Below, one piece after another: positions 12,915 to 22,900 of a DNA stretch of 64,000 nucleotides. The stretch spans positions 766,203 through 830,202 of the forward strand of contig NW_003314287.1 in assembly GCF_000143415.4 (NCBI RefSeq), given 5' to 3'. The stretch is from Selaginella moellendorffii (lineage: Eukaryota > Plantae > Lycopodiophyta). The position numbers and the translations under genes are program-made. Each line of letters begins with the position of its first letter. Position 1 is the stretch's first letter. The notes beneath the pieces are model-generated. The model had not been told where the DNA came from. It saw nothing but the letters and a program-made list of their open reading frames with translations, and ran no database searches.

Positions 12915-13816
12915 AAATGCACCTTGATGGCCGCATCCAACGCTTCCTTGTAGTTGGTCGGGTTCCACCGCATTACTTCGCCACGAGCCCAGGTTTGCAA
13001 ACCTGATATGAAGGCATGGAACGCATCCATATCCCCCATGTCCGTGACAAGTATCCTCTTTGCCATAAACCCATTCACATACTCCTGAATGGTTCCGGTC
13101 TGCTTCAGCCTACTCAGCTCGTCCCTTAGGTGCAGAGTAGCATTCGGAGGAACGTAAGTTGCACGGATCCTCGCCTTCATCATTTCCCAAGTGGCCACCG
13201 GTCCTTCGTTGGCCTCTGTTGTTCTCCACCAAGACTTGGCATTATCTGCCAAGTATGGACCTTCTCCGAGCTCGGTAATCGCAACGCTCGGAAGTAGTCC
13301 TCCATATCGTAAAACCAATCCTCCACCACTTTATAGTCGTTCACTCCCTTGAAGACCGGTGGGGGCTTTGGTTTGTACTTAGGAATTGCTTGAGGGACTG
13401 ATTCCACTTCGGTTTGTTCGACCTTGTCTGGTTTGCCTCAGTCCCTGCCGATGGGTCCGCACCTTCTGCGCTGCCAGCATTCGCAGTCTTTCGCTTTTTC
13501 TTCCGCTTCTCGTCATGCTTTAACTTGCACACGAGAGTCTCTAGCAGGGCATTGGTCTGCGCCAATTGTCCTTCTAGAACGTCCAATTGAGCCTTGGACG
13601 ACCAAACCTCGCCACCGGACTCCTGTTTGGAAGTTTCCTCACTGGAGTCCTCCTCATGCAAGGATTCCTCATCCATAGCCTCTTGTTCGACTGGAGGCTC
13701 CAGCTCTGGCGGAGGTTCTGTCTCCGCTTGGGTTCGCTTACGCCTTGCCTTTGCCATCTCCCAGCAATCCGCCTCTATCCTTCGCTAGAACTGAGGAAGA
13801 GGCTCCGATACCAAAT
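12915..13816 (-). pseudogene. Truncated second gag copy of Gypsy family B (PBS + 5' gag), frameshifted
   Basis: Near-identical to 19311-19540 joined to 32502-33187. Has small deletions (e.g. ~13258) and lacks the DNA-transposon insertion (empty site GTAGCATTCGG at ~13137-13147). Confidence 0.9.
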
Positions 13817-14991
13817 TATAAGCCACAAATTTTTCCTTTCCAATTTGCTAGCTTACCTCGTCTATCCGACCAACTCTGCTTTGGCTTGTGCTAAGTTCCC
13901 TCGCCAAGGTTCTCGCCTATGGTACCAGCTCCTACTTGGTCCTACTTGGTTTCAGCTACTCACTGCACGAGCAACGGAGTGTTAGCCATCCATCTACGGA
14001 TTCCCAAATCTCTCCCAATCCCCCTCCCCGGGTTAGACTGGACTTAAGGTTCGGCTACACTCCCCGCAGGCACAAGCAGCCAAGCACACCAAGCCTCCAG
14101 ATTCCTAACACCCCTTGGTACCACAAGACTTGATCATGGGACCCTCTAAATCCCAAGCCTTGGGTGCAGCACTTGCTTCGGGACATCGGGGCGAAACACC
14201 ATGGCCTAACAGCCCGGTATGGGTACCTCTACCCCCCCTCTTCCATCCCGAAGGGAAGGCCCAAGCCCCCGGAAGGGCGAGGACCAATGAGCCACAAGGT
14301 ACTCAAGTGGGGCACCACTCCACCTGAGCCGGGAGCACCGCAGTCGGTTTCCCTTTCGGGAGTGGGAGCTGCTCTTGAGCACTTCCTTGGATGGCCCCTC
14401 CGGCACCAGCTAAGTCCATGCTCACTCCCACCCAAGGCCCTTCGGTCCCAGTCTTAACCTCAAGTCGATTTGGAAGCCCAACTAGAGAGTCCCTTCAAAA
14501 CTGGTTCCTGGACCTCACTATCCCTACTATACTTTTGGAACCCCCTGCAGCCCCCCCCCCCCCCCCTGGGAGACGCACGCTTTGGGCTTTCACCCCTTGA
14601 CCCGTATTAGTATTTGGACTTAGTCTCTGGCTCGATCTCGGACCCGATTTCAAATTCGATTTCGGATTCGGTCTCGGACTCGATCTCGGACTCGATCTCG
14701 GACCCGATCTTGGACCCGACCTCGGACTCGACCTCGGACTCGGTCTCGGACCCGATTTCGGATCTCGGACTCCGTCTCGAACTCGGTCTCGAACTCGGTC
14801 TCGAATTCGGACTCGAACTCGGTCCCCGAGTCGGTCTCGGACTCGATTCCGGACTCTATCTCGAACTCGGCCCTAGAGTTGGTCTTGGACTCGATCCTCG
14901 ACTTGGTCCCATCCGATGAACTCTTTGTCATTTCGGTCAAGCTTTTGGGGATCCTTTAGCCTACAACATCTAGGGGAGTCAGTTCCTTACA
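13817..14991 (-). repeat. LTR (family B), shared between two tandem units
   Basis: Near-identical to 33188-34344. PBS (TTTGGTATCGGAGCC, - strand) on its left and PPT (ATGGGTGGTGGAGT, - strand) on its right; contains a CTCGGA-type hexamer array at ~14620-14900. Confidence 0.92.
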
Positions 14992-15299
14992 ACTCCACCA
15001 CCCATAGAAGAAGTTCGATGCCCACATCGAACGTCTCATTTTATCCTACGACTTGTTGACCATGTCTCCGGGGGCATCCCCCCACTTAGCGGTGTGCCTA
15101 AGTTAGCCTCCCCGGCCAAGAGCCCATGACAACGGAATATAGGTGTCCCTATACTCCTCACCTCACCACGCCCTAGTATGGGGTCGGGACTTGAACCCAG
15201 CCTTGCTTTACTAGGGGGTTGGGACTCGAACCCAACCTCCGTAGAATACATCTACAGATTCGACATCCCCGCGGGGAGTCGGGCGTAGTGCCCTACGCC

Positions 15300-18200
15300 T
15301 GGTCAACCTATCCAACCCATGCTAATTAGCTTACCTTTGGCGCGCCTTCGGGTCCCAACATATGCCACTTGCTCAACTTTTGCAAATTGATATTTTTAAT
15401 TGAATTTTGCATAAGTACATAGAGTTCTGCCTTGCAGAAATTCCTCCACTAGATCTCGCGCGTTCGCTAGGTTCTCCTCCGGTTCCCATGTTGGTTCGCA
15501 GTGTGGAAATCCTTTCCACTTCACATGGAACTCTCTCACCTCGCGTCCTTGTCGCTTGCTCTTGCGCGCATTGAGGATGGCCTCGACTTCGTATTCCTCT
15601 TCCCCTTGGATAACCTCAGGTAAAGGTCTCACTTGGTCCTTGCGAAGTGGATCCTCAAAGTACGGCTTGAGTAAGTTCACGTGGAACACTGGGTGCATCT
15701 TCCCCATCTCTCGAGGAAGTCGGAGTCGGTAAGCCACTTTACCGATTCGTGCCTCAATCTCGTAAGGCGCCGCGAACCTGCTTAAGGAACTCAAGATCAA
15801 TTCATTTATAGGAATACATGCATCTTTACCTTTGGGTCAACTTTCGGCTGATCCCACTTGGTAGTATGAGGTTCTTGGTGTTCAGCCACACCTTCTCCCC
15901 AGCTTGGAACTCTACATCCCGACGCTTCTAGTTCGCATATTTGGTTTGCCTTTGTTGAGCCCGTTCCAAGGAATCCCTCACTAGATTCCAAATGCTGAGT
16001 CTTTCCGCCGTGAATGCCTCCACTGCGGGCAACTCTCCATGATACTCGGCCACGCCGAGTTCCACAGGACCTTCAATAGCTCGCCCATTGATGACTTCCC
16101 ATGGACTCACCCCGATACTCGAATGTGGTGAGTTGTTATAACACATTTCCGCAAGTCCCAAATGACTTACCCAATCGGTCTGGTCTCCCGAGACATAGCA
16201 TCGCAAATAATCCTCCAGCTGCCTATTCACCCTTTCCGTTTGTCCGTCTGTCAAGAAGTGTTAGTGCCAACAACTTGACTCAATACCTCATACCTGTCTG
16301 TGGGTGATAGGCTGTGCTGAATTTCAACTTGGTGCGATACTGTTCCAGGAGAGTCCTCCAGAACCTACTAGTGAAGATCTTATCTCGATCTGAGATGATC
16401 TCTTCCGGTCTTCCCCGCACTCGAACCACTTGTTCGAAGAACAGCTTTGCCACACCTTCCGCATCCACCTCCGTTGTGGTGGGTATGAAGTGTGCCATTT
16501 TCGAAAATCGGTCCACCACCACGAATATCGCATCAAACCCCTCGCTTGGGGGGAGTCCCGTGATGAAGTCCATCGTAAGACATTTCCACGGGCAATCTGG
16601 AATTGGGATGCTTTGCAACAAGCCCCCACTAGCCTTAGTCACGGCTTTTACCTGCTGACATGTTGGACATGTCTTTACATAGTCTTGGACGTCCTTAGCC
16701 ATATCTGGCCAATGGTACTTCCTTTTGAGTAAGCCCATCGTCTTGGGCACTCCACCGTGTCCCACAAGAGGTCCGTCATGACACTCTTCTAAGGCCACCT
16801 TCCTTAGTTCCCCTTCTGGAACATACACCCTCGTTTGCTTGTAATAAATGAGTCCATTGCGTTCCGCGTAGCCCGTTTTCTCTTCCGTTGGTAGCTCACC
16901 TCTCTGGTGAGCTTCCCGCGCCTCTAGATTCCTCAGCAACACTTCCTGTGCTAGACCATCGTTCTCATATGCTATCCGCACATCGTCCCAGAAGGTTGCT
17001 GTTGCGCTGGATATTGCCAACCTCAAGCTCGCTTTTCGACTTAGCGCATCCGCCACGATGTTGCTCTTCCCAGGCTTGTACAGAATTTCGCAATCAAACT
17101 CGGCCAAGGCATTGGCCCACCGACCTTGTTTCCCTCTTAGGTCGGGCTGTGACAAGAAGTGTTTCGTTGGCACATTGTCCGTGTAAACCTTGAAGTGTCT
17201 CCCAAGGTAGTGTTGCCACTCCTTGAGCGCCTTGACCACCGCAAATAATTCCTTCTCGTGGGCAGGCCACTTCCGTTGAGCCTTGTCTAGCTTCTTCGAG
17301 AAGAACGCTACCGAATGGTTGTCTTGCTTCAAAACTGCGCCCAACGCAAAGTCTGAAGCATCCGTTTCTACCTCAAAGTCCTTACCAAAGTTTGGTAATG
17401 CCAATACGGGAGCCTTCCTCAACTTCCCTTTGAGGTGGACGAATGCCGCCTCGCATTCCGCTGTCCACACCATCTTCCCTTTTCCTGTTTGGTCCGTTAA
17501 GGGCAGGGCTACTCTCGAATAGTGTTTGATAAACTTTCGATAGTAGTTGCATAGCCCCAGGAATGCCCTCAACTCGTGTACATTGGATGGTCTCTCCCAT
17601 TCCTGGATCGCTTGGACCTTCTCTGGGTCCACCTTGAGCCCGTCCTGGCCCACCACATGCCTGAGAAACTTTACCTCTTGTTGAGCAACGTCACATTTGC
17701 TCTCTTTAGCATACAGCTTGTGTTCCCTTAGTTTCTCAAACACCTTCGCCAAGTGTTCGGCATGCTCCTCTAGCGTCTCGCTATAGATCAGGATGTCGTC
17801 GATATAGACGACCACGAAGTGATCCAGATAGGGTACAAAGATGTGGTTCATTAGCGCCGAAAACGTTGCCGGCGCATTACATAGCCCGAAGGGCATCACC
17901 AGAAACTCAAAGCTCCCATACCTCGTTCGACAGGTTGTCTTCTCGACATCTTCCTCGGCTACCCTGATCTGGTAGTATCCTGACCTTAGGTCAATCCTCG
18001 AGAAGTATTTTGCCTTTCCCAACCTATCAAACAGGTCCTCAATCCTTGGAAAAGGGTATTTGTTCTTCTTTGTATACTTGTTGAGCAGCCGGTAGTCTAT
18101 GCACATGCGCATAGATCCATCTTTCTTTTTCACAAATAACACCGGCGCCCCATACGGCGACTTGCTCAACCTAACATACCCTTTGTCCACCAACTCCTCT

Positions 18201-19540
18201 AGTTGGCACTTGAGCTCCTTGAGTTCTTTTTCGTTCAAACGATAAGGGTGACGAACCACTGCCTCAACACCCTCGACCAGCTCAATTTTATGTTCTATCA
18301 GTCGTGCTGGGGGTAGCCCCGCCGGTAGCTCCTCTGGCATGGTATCCTGGAATTGGTCCAACACCCGCTGGATCACTAAAGGTACTTCTTCCATTCCTGT
18401 CTTTTTGTCACTCTTCACCGAGAGTAAGCACAAAAAGGCCGCCTTAGTTCCTTTAGTGAGTTGTCCTCTCGTGGACACCAGGTTTAAGCAGGAATCTTTG
18501 GCCTTGCTTTGCCCTAGCTTTAGATCTTGGGCCTCCACCCTAGATCTTCCTCCTTGGGCATTCGCCAGTACCACAAGGTTTCTACCTTGTCCATGCAGGG
18601 CTACCACGAATCGATTGAACCAGTCCATTCTGAAGATCACGTCAAATCCCGCCATGTCCAACACGGTGAAATCCATGTCCACCTTCCAAGTCCCCACTTC
18701 GACTCTCGCTTGTCGAAGTACCTCATTGGTGCTTTGGCTACCTTGAACAAACTCTATAGTCCTTGGTTTGCCTAGCCGCTGCACCGTTAGTCCAGCATGC
18801 CGGACTATGTCTGCAGCCACAAAATTATCCGAAGCACCCGTGTCAATAAGGATTTTAACAAAGCTACCTCCGAGCTTCCCTCGGAGGGCTAGTAGATGTC
18901 GTGAATGACTCTCTACCAAAGTTGCTCGTGTAATGAGTAACTTTGAGTTAGGGACTGGATCACATACCTCCGTTTGGACTTCACCCGACTTGATGGCCAT
19001 ATTGGCTCTAGCCTTCTTCGGGTAGGGACATTCCCTCGAGAAGTGTCCCGCTTCACCGCAGTTGTAGCATACGTTGTTTCCCACACTGCTATACGACTTG
19101 ACCTTCTTATCCGTGGGTTTGTCTCTTTTCGCTTGACTCCCCCACGTACTCGCTCGCTGGCCACCGGATTTGCCTTTCCGGAACCCCGAGGACTCATTCT
19201 TAGAGAAACTCCTCTTGAATTTCCCTCTGCTAAACATTCCCCTTGGTTTGGCCCCTTTGCTAAACATGGATCCCTACCCCGTCGTGTTGCCCTTTCGCAG
19301 GTTATCGTTGAAATGCACCTTGATGGCCGCATCCAACGCTTCCTTGTAGTTGGTCGGGTTCCACCGCATTACTTCGCCGCGAGCCCAGGTTTGCAAACCT
19401 GATATGAAGGCATGGAACGCATCCATATCCCCCATGTCCGTGACAAGTATCCTCTTTGCCATAAACCCATTCACATACTCCTGAATGGTTCCATTCTGCT
19501 TCAGCCTACTCAGCTCGTCCCTTAGGTGCAGAGTAGCATT
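15300..19540 (-). pseudogene. Gag(3')-Pol of family B: CCHC knuckle, protease, RT, RNase H, integrase, chromodomain
   Basis: [41 protein letters not shown] zinc finger, MDFITGLP...SDRD...GQTER, EYEVEAIL...HVKWKGF...TWEPEENL. In-frame TAG stops at 19274-19276 and 15928-15930, plus three short insertions. Confidence 0.93.
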
Positions 19541-19962
19541 AAGCTCTATTTCGTTAAAGTGGGAATTGTCATTATCCCACTTGTAAAATAAGGTTTCCAA
19601 ACCTTTATATAGTATATAAATATAACAAAATTCAACTGCATTGAGGCACATGCCATTTTATTTTAAACAAGGAAATGTCTACTCAATCACTTCTCCTCCC
19701 CCTGCCACTGCTTCACCTCTCTCTTCTCCTTGTCATCGTCGTCCAATTTCTTTCCATCCTTTTAATATTGGCTCAGTTGCTCCAAGTCTAGGTGGAGCCC
19801 AAGTCCCCATTCAATCTTTACTTTCCCCTTATTAATAAAACAACTTCGTAGACTTCCAATAACATGCTGTAACACTTCTAGTATAATGCAAATCCTCTTA
19901 AAGAATTGTCTTTTAATATTAATACAATGGCATGGAACCCCATGCCATAATAAGTTACATTT

Positions 19963-22900
19963 TTAAATAAATACATGCCATCTCAGACTGTTATTTTTTG
20001 CCTCCAACCTATACAATAATCTTGGAATTTCATCACTCTCCACACTATCAGGATTTAAACCCAATAGTAATGCCATCTCTTCTCTAATACGTCCACGCTC
20101 ATATTCAGTGGTCGAAGAACCCATCCGGTTGAGCAGATTATGGAGATGCTGATAGTGCTTGGCTAGACAATATACATGCCATAAATGATGACTGGTGTCT
20201 GTCCGATCAAATGGCTTCTGATATACCGTTCCATCTGCCATTTGGTTGATTTCTGCAGCCACCTCCTGGACTAGCCGGTTCTCTATCACCATCGCTCCAA
20301 GCCATTTTGCAAGGTCCCCCAGAACATACGGTTTCTTCTCCCTAGTTTCCATACTGCAAGAGATGGGGTGCACTGCATATGTGTGCGTGTTCGCTACAGT
20401 TTTAATCAGCGAGTCATCGATGATGAGGATTTCACTTGAGCTAGCAGTCCGGTTCATCAGTACAGCCTCTGGCTTGACGAAGATGGGCTTGCTACCCCTC
20501 ACATGGACCATAGTCAAGCAATCCTCCTGTGTTAGGAGAAAGTCAAATGGTAATATTACTCGCGTCTGATCGTGCATCATCTGTAGCAACGTTAATGCAT
20601 TGTGGCGCATCATGGATGTCCAAACTCCCAATTGCAAATTGAACCCGGCCCTCTGTTTTAAGTGTCGCATGGTCATTATTAGATCCCACAGTTTCTCCCG
20701 TGTGATTAATGTGAATCTGTCTCTTTTGACCAACTTGCGACCGCAGGCTTTGGAGGGTGCAATGACATTCGAGGACGAGCCACGCTCATGGGAGAAAAGG
20801 ACACCGTTCAGATCAAAAATGATATAGTACCTTCGCCGTGACTCTGAAATGAAATGCGTCAGCATAAAAAATGGTACAAGTCAATTTTACCATCTACAAT
20901 ATTAGCAAATGGTGCTCCCGATGGTCGTTGAGAGGGTTTTGGTCGAGGAAACGTGAAGGGCGGAAATACTCTCCTTTGCAATGTGTGGTCAATCGCATCC
21001 GATGGCGTGTGGGCACATGCCATTTCAGCTGTAGACTCTGGTACAACTGGCTCAACAGTGGCATGGGGTGGTTCCGATGGCGTGTGATCACACGCCATTT
21101 CAGCTGGTGCCTCCGTTGGCAAAGTGGAGATGACCGAACAGGCAGCAGGGGCGGTGTAGGGAGGTTCCAACGGCGCGTAGTCAGACGATTGGGCACACGT
21201 TGAGTCCGTTGGAAATGAGGATACGACCGGCTCGGCGGCTGGGGCGGCCTCATGCGGGTCCAATGGTGCCTGGTCACCGTCAGTTGGATACGTGGACAAG
21301 ATTGACTCAGTGGTATGGGCAGCATCAAGTGGAGCGTGGTCAGCTTGCTTGGCGTTGATATGGATAGTAGCCTCCACCAGCTCTGATGACTCTTGCAGCC
21401 AAGTAGAGTCCACTGGCGGATCCATATGCATGTCCAAATATCTCCCTTCAATTGAGATGGTATCCTCCCGTGCTACTAAAAACAAACTCATTAGCACATT
21501 GAATCGACTATACTGTATTTATGTGAGACACAAAATCCCTAGGCCCCAAAGTAGAGCCGGAAGGGCGCCACATGGTAGTGGCCGAAGCGAGAGCCAAACG
21601 AGCGTAACACGTTTGGACCAAAAGCTCCGACTTGAAAAGTCAAGAGCGGGAGTGGAACTCCCAACGAAGTGCTCGAGGAACGAGCACGAAGCGAGCAAAA
21701 GGCGAGGCTCCAAAAAGGGACCCAAAAGGACCAACACATGACACGTGGGAGTGTCCGAGATGGAGTCCGAAGTGGAGTCCGAGGTGGACCTGAGTTGGAG
21801 TCCGAAGTGGAGTCCGAGATGGACCCGAGATGGACCCGAAATGGAGTCCGAGATGGAGTCCGAGATGGACCCGAGATGGAGTCCGAGATGGAGTCCGAGA
21901 TGGAGTCCGAGATGGACCCGAGATGGAGTCCGAGATGGAGTCCGAGATGGACCCGAGATGGACCCGAAATGGAGTCTGAGATGGAGTCCGAGATGGACCC
22001 GAAATGGAGTCTGAGATGGAGTCCGAGATGGAGTCCGAGATGGACCCGAGATGGAGTCCGAGATGGAGTCCGAGATGGACCCGAGATGGACCCGAGATGG
22101 AGTCCGAGATGGAGTCCGAGATGGAGTCCGAGATGGAGTCCGAAGTCGAGACCGAGACCGGGACCGAGACCGAGACCGAGACCGAGACCGGGACCGAGAT
22201 CGGGACCGAGACCGAGACCGAGGCCGAGGCCGAGACCGAGCCCGAGCCCGAGTCCAAGTCCGAATCCGAATCCAAATCCGAGTCCGAGTCCGAGTCCGAG
22301 TTCGAGTCCGGAGCCTGAGAGGGTGAAAGCCCAAAGCGTTCGTCTCCCAGACCCTGGGGGGTTTGGTGAGCTCCAAAAGTATAGTAGGGGGAGGACTGCA
22401 GTGGAGCCAGTTTGGCCAGGAAAGGCTAGTTTGGCCCAGGAAAGCCAGACCCAGTGTTGGGTGATGAACTGACCACTGGGAAGTCCAAGACTAGAGTGAA
22501 TACGGACCGACAAGCGGGGTAGCTTGGTGAAGTGTTCAAGAGCCGGCTCTAGTTCCCCCGGGAGATCGACTGGCCGATGCTCCCAGTACAAGTGTGGGTG
22601 GCACTACCTACTTGGATACCAGGAGTGGCTCAACGGAACCTCGCTCTAAGCCCATGGCTAGAGCATGACTGCCTGCTTTCACTCAGCCCTTGATCTGCAA
22701 TGAATGGCATGAGCACACACGCCATAACCGCGAGGCATTACCTATCATCTTTTCGTTGCCCTTCTTCCTTTTCGAATCAAACACCTCTGATCTCGACGAC
22801 TGTCCAACGTGCTTTCGCTTTTTATGACCACTGTCAGTTTGAGCTTGGCTGGTGCTTGCCTGTTTTGCCTTTGAAGAAGTGTCTCCTGCAAGGAATGGCA

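Noticed and set aside
19274-19276. Programmed stop read-through between gag and pol
   Set aside because: The TAG lies upstream of the Gag zinc knuckle and a similar TAG occurs in the integrase; simple point mutations are more likely.
21519-22591. Long ORFs with RS/RD/GL dipeptide repeats (SR-protein-like)
   Set aside because: Translations of the hexamer and 12-mer arrays inside an LTR. They are open in most frames, and the same artefact appears at 14614-14940 and 33979-34293.
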